Shown here in pieces: positions 49,440 to 63,786 of a stretch of 64,000 bases of DNA. This stretch comes from Gordius albopunctatus. Taxonomy: Eukaryota. Where the stretch lies: contig OZ193909.1 in the NCBI GenBank assembly GCA_964276515.1, forward strand, positions 8,246,001-8,310,000, written 5' to 3'. A model generated the notes under the pieces. That model was not told the origin of the DNA. It saw only the letters and a list, made by a program, of their open reading frames with translations, and ran no database searches. The translations under genes were made by a program, and so were the position numbers. Every line of letters begins with the position of its first letter. Within the stretch, counting starts at the first letter, position 1.

Positions 49440-52400
49440 AAAGTAATTAAGTTTAAACTGTTGTAAACTTTTTAGGTATTGAAAATAAATTGAGGTCTAT
49501 TAAAATGCCTCCAAAGTTTAGGAAAGGCAATGGTAGATTGAAAAATAGTAAAGTTGTTGTTGTCACAAAATTTTGTGAATTCTTCAACGACAAATTGTGG
49601 TCCATTATCTGATACTATTTGCAAGGGAATACCGAACCTGCAAAACCAATTTCGTAATTTCCTCACAATTTGTGGTCCTTTAATCGACGATAGTGTGGCT
49701 ACCTCCACCCATTTTGATAATGCATCAATTAAAACCAATCAATAATTTCCTTCGAAAGATCCGGCAATATCTATGTGGACTCGATCCTAAGGACGGTCAG
49801 GTACGGACCCAGAATATAAGGGAACTTCTTGTTGGGCTTGTCGGCCTTCTTGACAACCGTCACATTCCTTTACAAACAAATCAATACTCTTGTCCATTCC
49901 GTCCGGGCACCAAACATAATATTGGGTTAAATTAGGCATTCCTGTAATACAGGGGTGTCCTTGTTGTAATATTTTTAAAACCAACTTTTGTAAGTTCCTC
50001 GGTATTATTAACCGATTGCCACGCAATAATAACAGTGGTCAACAAATAATGGACTTGTGAAATTAACCTGCAAACTATTTGCAGATTCTGGTAGAGTTTT
50101 TCACTGTGAACACAAATATGTTTTTAGTTTTTTCCCTATACGTCAAGTTTTTAAAAATATTCGCTTGTCAAAGTTGGCAAAAACGCTAAAATCGTGTTTT
50201 TGGCAACTTTGACAGCAAATATTTAAAAAACTTGACGTATAGGTAAAAAAACTAAAAACATATTTGTGTTCACCGTGTAAAACTCTACCAGAATTCGCAA
50301 ACAGTTTGCCGGTTAATTTTTCTTGTTGAACCGTGTAATCCATCTTCTTCAAATGACAGTTCCTCCCTTCGATTGTAGTACGTTTTAATGTCAAAACGCC
50401 ATTTTTTAAATCCAACCGCTATTCTCGGTTGATCATTTAAATTAATTCACGACAAAAAGGATCTTGTTTAATTGGTGTTTTTAGCGTTTCGTAATCTAAC
50501 TTTAATTCATCTAACATGAGTAGTCCTACGTGATTTATCTGATCCGTCTCAAGGTATTTTGGGTCTGGCAGTCTCGACAATGCATCAGCACATTGATTGT
50601 TCTTTCCTGGTCGGTATTTTATGTCGTATTGATTTCCATTTAAAAATAAAGCCCACCGAATTAATCTATTATTGATCACTTTCGGTAAATCCCGATGATT
50701 TCCGAATAATCTTTCTAGAGGTTTGTGATCCTTCATCAATACAAATTTTTGACCACGTGAATATTGATAGAATTTCCATATAACGTTGGAATAAATTTGG
50801 TGCCATCGAAAGTCCAAATGGAAGACGTTTATATCGATAATAAACTAAATGTGTTGCGATAGTGAGATAATGTCGCGACTTTTCTTCGACCTTCATCTGA
50901 AGATCAATTACTGTATATTTCTGCCCTCCTGCGATCTTCAGAATTAAATCGTCAAATGTCGGAAGTAGATGGTTGTTTAAAGTTAGGAAGGGATTGATAG
51001 TAACTCGAAAATCGCCGCAGATTCTAATGGCATTATTTGATTTTAATACATTTACTATTGGAGTTGCCCATATTATTGGTGTTGCTGCAGGATCAATATG
51101 TTCAATTATATCTTCGTCCAATAATCTTTTAATTTCCCCTTCAACTTTCTTCCTTAGTGGAAAAGGAATTCTTCGTGCAGGAAATGCTATAGCTTTGGCT
51201 TCTTCCTTTACAAAAAGATTTACCTCATAATCTTTAATACAGCCACGGAACACATTGGTATACCAATTCCTCTTCTATGTTTTGAGGTTTTTCTTCTATA
51301 GCATTAATCTTAACTTGATGAGGAAGTTTTAGGTTAAAAGCCTGCATCCAATTTAAACCAAATATGGGTTCTTCTACAGTTGTTACAATAGCTGTTAATT
51401 TTAAAGTTTTATTGTTTAAATTTACATAGACTTGTGTTTCTCCACATATAGGAACTGTATTATTTCCAAAAGCTTTTATCTTGTGACATGGTGTTAATTG
51501 AGGTGTATTTAAAATGTTGTAGATATTATTGTTGATTACGGATACTGATGAGCCAGTATCATATAAAATTTTGAAAATTTTCTGATTTATCTTTACATGG
51601 ATGTATGGTTTAAGGTGAGTTCCATTATTTAAGTCATAAATTTTTCCAATTGTATTAATAATCTGGTTTAATTTGTTTGAGGTTTTGCACATTTTTGCAA
51701 AGTGTCCTCTATGATGACATATGGAACGTTCTTTTAAAAATGCTGGACATTGCTTAATTGCATGTGACTTACCACATCTACAGCAATTTCTTATGAATGA
51801 TTGTTTATGTTCATCCTTCTTTGTAGCAAATTGTTTCATTTATTGCCTATTCTTTTGATTTGAGTACATTGGATTTGGTTTTTTATAATTTTGAATTTTG
51901 TTTAAATCTTGTCATGTGCTAACTTCTTTATTAGGTGTCTCCATTGATTCAGCTAGATTGTATATATCCCTAAATGTTACCACATCATCCTCTTTCTTTA
52001 AAGCTTCAGGCCATCTTGTCCTGACATCAATTTTCAATGATAGATTTTTACCCATTTGAGAGTTGGTCACGGAGCCGTTCATCTAAATTAGTTTTGAAGT
52101 CACGATTTTCTGCAGATGATTTTAATATTGTTACATACTCAATCAGAGTTTCATCATTTCTTTTCAGACACCCCATGAATTGTAATCTAGAGTGGAATAT
52201 TGTAAATTTTTATTGGAATACCTTTTTCATTAATTTTATTAAGTCCTGATATTTAAGAAAGGATATATCTTCAGGGTATAGGAAATTTATTAAAGTTTCA
52301 ATATTTTTTTGACCCATGTATCCCAATATTATTTTGCATCGAGTAGCTTTGGGCACATTTTTAGCCTCAAAAAAATTGGTGATAGTTATTATGTATATTG

Positions 52401-52500
52401 AAATATTATCACCTTGTTTAAAATTAGGTATTCCCACAGTCTCCATTTTCAGAATAGGTTTTTTTTCTCGACCGCGCCAATATACTAATTCACATAGATT
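49440..52500 (-). mobile_element. Decayed Ty3/Gypsy element (gag-CCHC-PR-RT-RNaseH-IN)
   Basis: CCRCGKSH knuckle, LYDTGS protease, IRICGDFRVTINP and YKRLPFG RT, DHKPL..RWALFL RNase H, integrase (VLIDALSKWVE, IVSDNGPQF). PBS-like TGGCGCGGTCGAG at about 52468-52480. Confidence 0.9.
50032..50335. mobile_element. Foldback MITE inserted in the Gypsy pol
   Basis: Inverted arms of about 125 bp (50061-50318). Removing the insert restores EDGLLLRGNR in pol; the target appears to be TA. Confidence 0.8.
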
Positions 52501-52899
52501 TTTAATCAAAAACCAATGATATATTTTAATCCACACGGTATATAAAAAACTGATATTACAAATTACGCTATATATTACACATTTAATCTATCCCTTATGT
52601 CTTGATTCCTTATAAATATAAAAATCTACCGGATAGCACTATTAATTAAAAAATTTTGAAAATTGCAGATATGTATGTATGTATTTTTGCCCCGAAGACG
52701 CCCAAGAGCTTAGTAAGTTCAATCTAAGGTTGAGCCCCTTCTTACGCCAAATGGCGCATAAGGCCACGTTATTGCTAACGTGTGATTTTATTCCTGTAAC
52801 AAATGTATGTATAGATAATAAGTTAATGTACCTTAGGTGTGGGTTATGGTTAATAATTAAAGGATGAGATTATGGGTAGAAATAAGGCCGTATTAGTGG

Positions 52900-54330
52900 A
52901 GGCGAGAAATATAGGTTTCCGAGAAGGTTTTCCATGATATTCTATCATTCATAATAGCTTGTAACGAGGTCCAATCTTTATCGAGGGTTTACATGTCGCG
53001 GAATACTTTGTACAGCCAACTATTATTGCACTGCGACCCCTTAATAGAGGGGAATGCCAGAACAGGGATGATAAACAATAATTAGTTCCTTTTCTTCTTG
53101 CCTGACGGTCTAAGAAGCCCCATTTTCTGGTTTAAATTATATTCTTTATAGGAGGAATTTTGCACCGAACCCATAAGTTTTCGTTTGATATTATGTTAGG
53201 GTATAAAATTCCACAGACTATCCGCAGCATTTTATTCACGTTGACTTGGAGCTTTTTTAGGGTAGGTGTTTTTAAAGACCAGGATTCACAACCGTCTAAC
53301 AGAACTGGTAGGATCATTACTTTGAAAATCCTGAGTCGTGTAGGGAGCGTCAACTGGCGGGACCTCTATATGGCGGTACAAGAGTGGAATTTAACAAGGG
53401 TGCGTTGTAATTTTGACTCCACATCTACTCCGGCATAGATGTCTGTTGTGAGGTCTACTTCTAGGTATCGAACTTTGTGGGTCATATTAATAGGGTTGTT
53501 ATTGATCAGTACCTTGTCCTCTGAGGGAACGTTTAGTGTTATCATTGCATATTTGTCGACATTTATATATATTCCAGCTTGTTTTGCCTGATCGGAGAAT
53601 CTGTCCACTATAGATTGGGCCTTCTTTGTAGAGGTTGCCGACAGACATAAGTCTTCGGCAAAGATGAGTTAGGATAGCATAGTCTCGTTTAACGTAATGC
53701 CATCGGAGGAAAATATTGATCTTTTCATTATCAGATCCATCACTATAATAAAAATAAGGGGAGACAATGGGCAGCCTTGTCTGACTCCCGTCGTCACGAG
53801 AATTGGGTCTGATAAATGATGAAGGTGAGAGACAACTACCTTCATGTCTGCGCTGCGTATATAAGAAAAATAATTCTGATTATCTTCTTTGGTATTCCCA
53901 ATAGACATAAGGGCTCCAATATATATAGGTGCTGAACAGAGTCGAAAGCTTTGGCTAAATCTAAGAATACAAGGACAAGGGGGTTTTTGCTATGGCTGGA
54001 AATATCTATTATCTTTCTTAGTGTGATAACATGTTCCCTGGTTGTGCGGTACCTCCTGAACCCCGCTTGGTTGTGTCTAAGGATATCATCTACCTGATTG
54101 TAGAGCCTATCGTATAATACTTTGATAAAGAGCTTTGATAAAGAGCTTTGATTCAATGTTTATAATTGTCACTCCCCGATAGTTGTTTGGATCCGAAGGG
54201 TCTCCTTTCTTGAATAGTTTAGGCGGCTTAACTACCAGGAGTTTGGCAATTCCTCATTTTCCCAGACTTTGTAAAAAAGGTGGTATAGAAGTTTTCCAGA
54301 TAGGTGAGGGTCTGCCTTAAGTGCATATGC
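52900..54330 (-). mobile_element. Decayed non-LTR retrotransposon RT (RTE-like, distinct family)
   Basis: QAGFRRYRTT, FLDLAKAFDSV, GVRQGCPLSPLIF and LPVLLDGCESW, with frameshifts. Confidence 0.85.
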
Positions 54331-54369
54331 AATTCTTAGGTGGGATTTATAAAGGTTGAAGGCTGTTAA

Positions 54370-56106
54370 GAAACTCGTTCAATAAAATTGTTTAAACAGA
54401 TAGATGATTTATGGTTGTTCCAAAGATTTAATATGCTTTTTGTATCAAGGATTGCAAAGTAATACCGGGAGAATAAATCGCCAGGTAGAGTTGTTAAATT
54501 GCTAACTTTCTTCAACTCCAGCTACCATGTGCTCGAGTTTCTGCTCGGTCCTCGAGCATTTTATATGCTAATGTTCTACCTAGTGCACCGAACAGCGAGC
54601 ACATATTGTGCTAACGCGCATATTAAGCAACTCAGTGTGCGTGCTCGCGTCTGGAGTTTGAAGCAAGTTAGCAATTTAACAACTCTATCGCCAGGCAACA
54701 TCGTCCCTTTGTTATGAATCTTGACAGAAGAGTATTTCCCGAAAGAAGAAAGGTCTATGAACCTCGAATTCGATACGGAAGGCTAAAGGATACGTCGACT
54801 AACAAAGAATATCATCAAAAAGCCTGCTAACTCTTAGTTGCAAAGGGACGTAGACGACGATTGGGAGACGCTATCTAAGGACATTAAGGAAACAGCGATT
54901 TGTGTTCTAGGACAGACCAAAGGAGGCAAAGCTATGAATAGGGAACTATGGTGGTGGGATCAATCGGTTAAAGATTTAATCAAAAGAAAGAAAGATCTAT
55001 ATAGACGGTGGCATAAATCAAAAAACTCGAAGGATTATCAAGAGTACAGGTACGCAAAGAGGGCCGCAAAAAAGGCCGTTGCAAAAGCGAAGAATGCCGC
55101 GTATTGGCCAAGATAAGGGAGAAGAAAAGTCGATATGTCGGAGTTCTTAAAATAGTCAAAAGCGAGAAGGCTCAAACCTTATTCAAGCCGAAAGAGGTGA
55201 TGGAAAGGTGGAAAGGATATTTTAAGAGACTTATGAATATTGCAAATGACAAGGATTTCCTTCCCGAAATTGAGCCAAATATAAGTATGGTCGAACTCTT
55301 TCAGGAGGATGAAGTTAGGACACAAATGAACAAGATGCAAAAAGGAAAAGCTAATGGTCCAGATGGAATACCTATGGAAGCATTTCTCGGATGTCGTGAA
55401 AAAGGAGTCACCACCATGACGAACCTCCTTAGCAAGATATTGGTAGAAGAGCGAATCCCTAATCAATGGGGGGCAAGCACGATTATACAATCATTTAAAG
55501 GAAAAGGAGACCCTCAGGACTGCGGCAATTACAGAGGTATCAAGCTAACTTGCCACTCCTTGAAGCTTTTTTAAAGGATCTTAGTAACAAGTCTGAAAAG
55601 CGAGGTTGAAATATCGGCTAATCAATTTGGATTCATGGCCGGCCACAATCGACCCAATCTTTGCCCTAAGACAAATGATGGATAAGTATGGTGAAAAGAG
55701 GAAAGACCTACATATGGTTTTTATCGACTTGGAGAAAGCTTATGACACGGTCCCCCGCGATTTAATATAGAGGTGCCTGAGGAAACAAAATATCCCTGAC
55801 GCATATATACGGCTTATGAAAAATATTTGTGAAGCTTCAAACTCTTGCGTTAGGACGACAGTTGGAGACTCTAAACCTTTTCGGGTTAATATTGGATTAC
55901 ATCAAGGCTCTGCTTTAAGTCCCTTTTTATTTAATATAATTATAGACACGATAAAGAGGGACATTCAAAAGCCATCGCCATGGTTTATGCTATATGCCGT
56001 TGATATAGTACTATGCGAGGAAACAAAGAAGAAAGTATTCGAAGAAGCCGAAAAGTGGTCAAAGCGCTTAGCTGGATATGGTTTAAAGGTCAACGCATCT
56101 AAATAA
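54370..56106 (+). mobile_element. Decayed RTE-clade LINE fragment
   Basis: DCKVIPGE, ELWWWD, GKANGPDGIP, KGKGDPQDCGNYRGIKL, FIDLEKAYD, GLHQGSALSPFLF. Confidence 0.88.
54486..54687. mobile_element. hAT MITE inserted in the RTE
   Basis: TIR TAGAGTTGTTAAATTGCT; 8-bp TSD TCGCCAGG. Confidence 0.9.
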
Positions 56107-56535
56107 TCTAACCGTCTCTCAATAATTTGCCATTCTATATATTTCAGTTAATTTAGAATTAAAGCTTATTTATTTTATTTAACTTTAATTCACGAAAAAT
56201 ACAAATTTGCGATTTCTTAGACTATTCTGCAAGAACCCATCGTTGGGGGAGATAGCGTAGGAGAAGTGATCAAACCAGTAAAACAACGGGTTCGGAAAGC
56301 GAAAGAAAAGATAAAATAAATATAATTCACAATTTTTAAACGGGTACAAGTTTCGTCGGTAATATTTAAAGACTTGAGGATCTATAATTCAATTGCTTTA
56401 AATATGATGTAATTCGCAACTAACTACAATATCTTCGTAGAAACTTAAGTCCAATCTTAAGCGGCGTCTTGGATATTAGCAATTTAATTACTCTTAAACA
56501 AACACCTTCGATACATTAATATTATTAACGCCTAG

Positions 56536-57071
56536 GTGAAAAATTTGTTCACGGAAAATTCTGCACTTTACGGCCAAGATGAAAGGGGAATATATAACGA
56601 TCCCCATGATCCTTCTTTTACCCTTAAAGAAGTTAAAAAGAATAAAAAAAGGGTCCACCGCGATTAAAATGATTAAAACTGCAAAAAGTGAGACAAAGGT
56701 TGCGAGAAATGGGAAAAGTAAGGGAGTTAAAAAAGCTAATGCTAACTCGATCCCGCCGCTGGCAACAGAGCCCATAAATTTATTTGTTTCACGAGGAGAG
56801 TTTAATGATAATGTTTTCAGGATTGTAACACCGGTCGTGACCACCACTCCAACAACTCCTTCTATCGCCTCCACATCGTTTGGCAAAGAGACCAATCACC
56901 ACGTTAAACGCCGGGCCGCTGCCCGGGTTAGTTCCTATGCCGAACCTAGCATCATTAAGTAAGCCTTTTCCCATCCTTAAACCTTCACCTCACTCTTTTA
57001 TTTGTGTGCATGGCAGAAAAATTCGGCAAGGAGATCCTGGAACTTGTGATATTTACCGGAACATGGAATGA
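56536..57071 (+). CDS. Shugoshin-like gene, 3' exons (intron 56959-57016); 5' part not resolved, may be a pseudogene
   Basis: Splicing the 58-nt GT-AG intron gives VKRRAAARVSSYAEPSIIKKIRQGDP, matching the C-terminal SGO motif (RR..x..SYxEPxLxxKLRRGDP). Confidence 0.6.
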
Positions 57072-58169
57072 AGATTAGGGCCATTAATTCCTAATTTCAT
57101 CTGATAGATACATATTGGTTTAACACACATGCTGCCTAGAAAATGTGTCATGCATTTTAGTATTTATATATAATAAAGTCCATCCTACTTCTATGTAAAA
57201 TTATTTGCCACTAGGCTTATCAAAATTGGGCGTCATTTTTTATAGAATGGCTGCTGTTACTTCATTAATATATATTAATAATATTACACATTTTTTTAGG
57301 TTTAAGCTTCAAGCAGAAAAGCAAACCTATTTAAGTGCATAAATCTCTTCCACCTGTGTTCAAATTTACTAAAATCATATTCATATTCTATACATTTTTA
57401 ATATAATAATTTATGGTTAATAAAATATCCATTTTATACTAAATTATTTATTACAAGCTTTTATTAATTTATTAGTGTAATTATCACATATAAGGTAAGC
57501 TATATCAATAAAATTCAATAAGTACTTAGACATATATACAATTCTCATTTTTATATTATTTAAATTATAACATCAAACTAAATTATATAAAAAAGGCATT
57601 TAAATTTAATTGTTAGTTCTCTTTAATGCCACATAATAGTTGATATTCACTTAACTTAAAAAAATTGCAAAAAATCAATTACATAAAACTTTGATTTGAT
57701 TCATTTGTCATCCTTGTTGTTTTACAAATGGCTATTCTTGCCGCGTAAACAAATTGCCGCAATTTTTGAAAATGGCTGCGCATACTAAAATGAATTCTCG
57801 CAATTGATTATTCTAAGCTTTCAACTGGTTTAAGATAGCACGCCCATTCATCACTAGTTACAAGTTCAATAAAATGTTAGGTTTAGTTTGATGGCGTTTT
57901 TCATAAACGTAGCCAGGATATTAAGGGAAAATGTTTTTCATGGATTTATCTTGCCTATTTTAATAGAGCCCAACATCATGTTGGGCCGGTGTAGCAGGTT
58001 AAAAATATGCCAGGATATTTGTGCGCCTCAATTTTATTGGTTAAAATTATATTTGATAAATATGATTAGCGTGAATGTTTATAACACGTGGAGTAAAGCG
58101 ATTTTTGATAGGGCTACTATCCCATATTTTAATCGCAAAGCATTCATTATTGAAATCCACTTTTGTCCA

Positions 58170-58740
58170 GGATATTAGTGCACTAAACTTTGCAAAGTAA
58201 CCACTTAACTTAAAACTTCAATATTTTCTATAGTATTTTATTTACTATTTAATATTTAAGCTCATTTATTTTTTAGATATTATTATACTAAGATAATAGT
58301 ACACCGAACTTTGGAAAATATCTACTTAACTTATAGTTTCAATATCTCAATTGTATTATATACTACATAATATTGAATATCATTTATTTTTTAGATATTA
58401 TTATACTAAGATAATAGTACATCAAACATTGCATAGTATTCACTTAACTTATAACTTCAATATCTCAATATTATTATGTACTATATAATATTTAAGCTCC
58501 ATTATTGTTTTAGTTATTCTCTTTTTTCAAGATAGTAGTGGCTCTACTTTGCAACTAAACTCCTAAATTCAATATCTCAAAATTATTATTTAATATATCC
58601 TATTTAAGCTCTATTATTCTTAGATATAATTTTTTCCAGTAGATTAAAACATCAAACTTTACAAATAAAACACATCTTATAACTTCAATAACTCAATTGT
58701 ATTAGTCACTATAACATATTTAAGCTCAATTATTTTTTTA
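58170..58740. repeat. Diverged AT-rich tandem repeat, about 120-bp unit, about 5 copies
   Basis: GATAATAGTACA...CACTTAACTTATAACTTCAATATCTCAA...ATATTTAAGCTC recurs from about 58172, 58292, 58410, 58531 and 58640. Confidence 0.85.
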
Positions 58741-59335
58741 AATGGCTAAATATGATATTGATGCTGATGTTTAGATATTCTTAAATACATAGATAGAGGA
58801 ATACATGATGCCTGGAACATTTGACATAAATCAAAGAGCCTACAAAAGAAAATATGCCTTTTATATAATTAAAAATAATATATTTATTTCCACCAAATGA
58901 TAGGATCTATAAAATTAAACATAAAACAGATATATATTAAGTATATCCAAACATAAAACATAGAAATTTAAAGATAAAACAGATATTTTTTAAGTGAATT
59001 GAAACAGAAAACATACAAATGCTATTACAAGCCACAGAGATGAGAATGATACGGTGGAGCTTGGGGTATACTAAGCTCGATCATATGACGAATGACTTTC
59101 TCATTTCTCGTCTCGCATTTTTCTTGGTTTTTCCGCATCACTAGAAAAATCGGGTCGGGCCAAAAATAAAAAAGTTATTCAGGCTCGGGCCAGGTAAAAT
59201 AAATACTCTCGGGTAGAAAAAATTCATTTTGCAGGGCTCTACGTCCAATCCATTCATTGATATTTCGAAAATGATTATCTGATCCATATTTTATTAATAT
59301 TGTTATAACCCAATTGTACATATTGATTTATTAAA

Positions 59336-59835
59336 ATAAACTCGGGCCTTCGGGCCACGTTGGAAGGCGGAGGGGGGAAGGGAAGGGGGAACGAAACTCA
59401 TCTATACTCCGTATAAACGCAGCATATTTGCTGCAATTTATAAGCGAGAAAGGCGGGAAGGGGCGAGAATGCCTATAGGGGGGTATTAAATGCAAAATAA
59501 TTTGACTGACGGGTATAGGGTAAATATCAATGGTAAGCAATTTAGAAACAAAAATTAAAATTTCGAATCACATTTTGGCCAACGGTCATTTTCTCCATTG
59601 GTAAGTAGCCAGGGCACGGGAAAAAGTCATATTATCGATGGTATTAACAAAAACAATATATTAATTTAATTTAAAAAAAATTTTGCCCTCTCCTGGATTC
59701 GAACCCACATTAATAGAGGCATAGGCTTTTGTAAGGGCATGTTAACCTAATATACCAATTCAAAAACCAGCGAATCAGAACGTTGGAGGACGGACGGACA
59801 ACAAAAAGCGAGCCCATATATTGCATACCAATTAA
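59336..59835 (-). mobile_element. Short copy of the HINE-like element (single internal monomer)
   Basis: Same hairpin end, purine tract, monomer, GGAC microsatellite and terminal GCGAGCCCATA..TTGCATA as 11441-12680. Confidence 0.75.
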
Positions 59836-60443
59836 AAGAGACGATTTTTGCATCACCATCTTAGATCAGGATAATTTTTGGTGAGGGTGTAGGTCTCATT
59901 TATTAGATCTATTTTGGGCCAATACTTTTTAAATTATGGAGGTTTTAAGGGACGAAATCACGTTCGCGAGCGTTTTATGGATTTAACTATTATTGACAAT
60001 AAATGCGTTATTCACTCAAATTTGGTGAATTTTGTTCCTAAAAAATTCTCTATCAAAATAATTTAATTAAAAACCTCAAACACTTGCGGTCATTTTTACC
60101 CTGTAAATGAATGAAAAATTTCATTTCCCCTAAAAGTATTTATAGTTGGTGGTATAAACAAAATTAATTATCCCTAGAACATATTATTATGTTTGTTTAT
60201 TAACGAATTGCAAACTTCTAAAGAATATATGGTAAATATATAATATTGGATTAAAAATACACCTAAATTTTCAACTTTTTTTCTGCGCAATGGGCAATTA
60301 TCAGAATTTATTAGCATATAGAATAATAGATAAGTAAATAAAGGATTCATATAATAAGGCTCAGCTATTTATTGGCCTTAACATAAAGATTGAAGATAAA
60401 TTTATAATTTACATATGAATATCATATATATTGGTATTAAGAT

Positions 60444-60643
60444 NNNNNNNNNNNNNNNNNNNNNNNNNNNNNNNNNNNNNNNNNNNNNNNNNNNNNNNNN
60501 NNNNNNNNNNNNNNNNNNNNNNNNNNNNNNNNNNNNNNNNNNNNNNNNNNNNNNNNNNNNNNNNNNNNNNNNNNNNNNNNNNNNNNNNNNNNNNNNNNNN
60601 NNNNNNNNNNNNNNNNNNNNNNNNNNNNNNNNNNNNNNNNNNN
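60444..60643. other. Assembly gap (200 N)
   Basis: Run of N. Confidence 1.
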
Positions 60644-61954
60644 CTTATATTAATTGTGCTTTTTATTATAATACAAATTTTAAAGTTGTGATTTTATAAT
60701 CTTTTATTGGGAATCAGCAGTTGATTAAAAAATTAGAAATCTTTATTTGTGAACTTTACAGGTTTTAGGTAAATTTGATTATGATAAGGATTACAAAATG
60801 TATCTTTTGCAATTAAATTTCTTGAACTAGCACAGTAAATGTAAATTAATGTTATAAATAGTAGCTATATTACATTTAAACATACATACTATGACCTATG
60901 TTTTAGTATATAAGTTTGCATACTTTGCTCTATTACATTCTTATTATGATTAAGGTATCCATCTTTGTTATATAGCTTGCTTTTTCATCTTAAAAATAAA
61001 AGATATATGTGACAGCTCATTTTTAAATCTAGTTTATGTCTAGATTTATTCCCCCTCCAGTTAAACAACTGAGATAATAAAATAGAAGAAAATTTTGTCT
61101 TTATAAATGTTCCTTAACTTAAAAATGTTGACTCTTCAATAACCTTGTTTATAAGTGTTATTAAAGTTTTTTTGCTACGAAAAGTATGAAATAATTTGCT
61201 CTTAAATTTAAACTAACATGAAATTTGGTTCAAGCTAAATTTTAAGCAAAAGTTATAATATATAAATAGAGTTTTAATTTGGGAACTCATCTTATCCATC
61301 ATTTTATTTTCCAACTTTTCTTAAAAATTTGTATTTCCCACAATCATTTAATGAGGGGAAAAAGTTAGAAAAAATTAGCCTTAAGCTAGGTTAAAATTTC
61401 TTGCAAAGTTCTAAGGTTTTTTCAACACTCTTCCCTATGCATCAAGGTTTAAATTCAGTTTCAAGGCGTCAATTAGAAGCTTAGGCATGAGCGTAAAAAT
61501 AAACTAAGGACTATTAGTATGATCAATATTTATGCTTAAACCTTTAGGTTAGGTGACCAAAGGTCAATACATCAAACTTTATAAACTAGGGAAATTTATT
61601 TTTTACATATATAATATAAATAGTATTTTTTATTTATTGAAATTAAATTTCATGTAAAGTTTATTTAAGGCTTAATTTATAAAAACGTCGAAATTTTATT
61701 TATAATCAAAAAATTTGTTTAAAAATAATTGAACTCTTGGAAAAAGGTTTTTGACAACGTTTAATTAAATGCTTTTAATAATGATTTTTCAATTAATTTT
61801 ATTGTATAATTTTTCTATCTTTTTTGAGCTTATTTATAAAGCGTAATATTAGTGAATGTATCCTTATATCTATTAAACTATTATTATTACTTGAAACTCG
61901 ATTGTTTTATTAACTTTCAATCATTTTTATGCCTCTACTGATATGGGTCCCTGT

Positions 61955-63370
61955 TAAAGGTCTGCATGGGCCGGGCCAGCCCGCAGGCCCAAGCACGGCC
62001 CGCGGGCCGTGCCGGACCTAAAATTGAGCAATAAAAAAAGGTGCGGGCCGGGTTTGGGCTTTGAAAAGTGAAAATTTTGAAATTATTTATTTTCATGCTT
62101 TAATTTTAATATAGAAACAAAAAAATGCACTTATTAGCTTAATGATAATAAAAAAATTTATTTTTCCAAACTAAATCTGGTGGAACTCAATAATCATAAT
62201 GTGGAAAAGTTTGAGTGAGATGTATGATAAACTAGTCATTTTGGGAAAGATTTAATGGAAAATTTGAAGGTATATTACCTTTTTAAAAGGCAAGCATCCA
62301 GTTAGAAGCGGATAAGACACCGACACTATAAAATATTACTCTTTTATACATCATTAAAAAGCATCCCAATTTTGTTTCCTTCAACTACGTGTAATGATGA
62401 TCCTGTTGACTTAAAGATTTATCTACAAATTTAAGTCAAGAGCCCAAACTATGCTAATTTCAAAGTTTAATATCGAAAGTTATCATAAAATATTAACAAG
62501 ATCAAAATATAAATTTAATTTAAAAAATTTGTCCTCTCCCGGGATTGAACACGAACCTCCAGGTCGGGAAGCTGGTGTAAATAAATTAGAGGGTAACGGA
62601 CGGACGGACACCAAAAAGCGAGCCCATAAATTGCATAGCAATTAATATCAACCTTTCTTGTTTATTAGTTTTGCACGATGAAAATGCTACCCGAGTATGA
62701 AAGAAACTTCTTAAAAACTACGGTAAAAATATTTTAAAGAAATCCATGTAAGAAAATCCTGGGTTTTCCGACATAGATCTTCTTTCATAAGTGGTCCAAC
62801 TATGATTAATCCAGCTCAGGTGTGCAACACTAAGCAATTATCTATTTTTTTATTTGGGACGATGATGAAACGGAAAAATTGAAGATTTCCACGAAGTTGA
62901 TACATCTTAAATCAAATCTAAACCTGAGGATGCTCAGCTAGGTGTATTTTTATGGTCGAAACACCAACTTATGTTAGTTACCAAAATTAGCTAGTCAGTT
63001 TTTGTCAATTCCAATGGCTACGGCTACGAGTAAATTCACATTCAGTAAGGCAAGTCGTCTTATATAACAGAGAAGAACGAAATTATTGCCTGATAGAATA
63101 TATACTCTATTAGTTTTAAATGACAATTTTAAATTGTAATTTTTAATTAGAACCGATTTTATATGCTATATTTAAATTATTTCACGAACAATACAAAAAA
63201 ATTTTTATACAAATAAATAATTTTGAAACAGCGTAGACTTGTTTTTACTCGTGCGGGCCTGATGCGTCACAATTTTTGGAATTTTATTGCGGGCCGGGTG
63301 CGGGCCAAAAAATTTATATTTGTGCGGGTATGGACCGGGCCTGAACCTAAAATTTCGGCCCATGGAGACC
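61955..63370 (+). mobile_element. Decayed hAT element inserted in a HINE-like repeat
   Basis: Ends AGGTCTGCATGGGCC / GGCCCATGGAGACC; TCCCTGT duplicated at both flanks; dimerization-domain remnant (KLASQFLSIPMATATSKFTFSKASRLYN) near 62980-63140. Confidence 0.7.
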
Positions 63371-63786
63371 TCCCTGTGCCCCTACAAAAGCCTATGCCTC
63401 TATTAATGTGGTTTCGAATCCCGGCAAACGTTCTGAATTGCTGGTTCGAATCCCGGAGAGGCAAAATTTTTGTTTTTTTTAAATTAAATTAATATATTGT
63501 TCTTGTTAACACCATTGATAATATGACTTTCTGACCGTGTTCTGGCTACTGACCAATGAAAAAATGACCATTGGCCAAATTACGGATCGAATTTTTTTTC
63601 GTTTTTGAATTGGTTAACATTGCTAATTACCCTATGCCCTCCCCTACAAAGACCTATGCCTCTACTGATATGGGTCCCTGTGCCCCTACAAAGGCTTATG
63701 CATCTACTGATGTGGGTTCAAATCTCGGAGAGGGCAAATTTTTTTTTGTTTTTATTATTTAATTAATATATTGTCCTTGTTAATAC

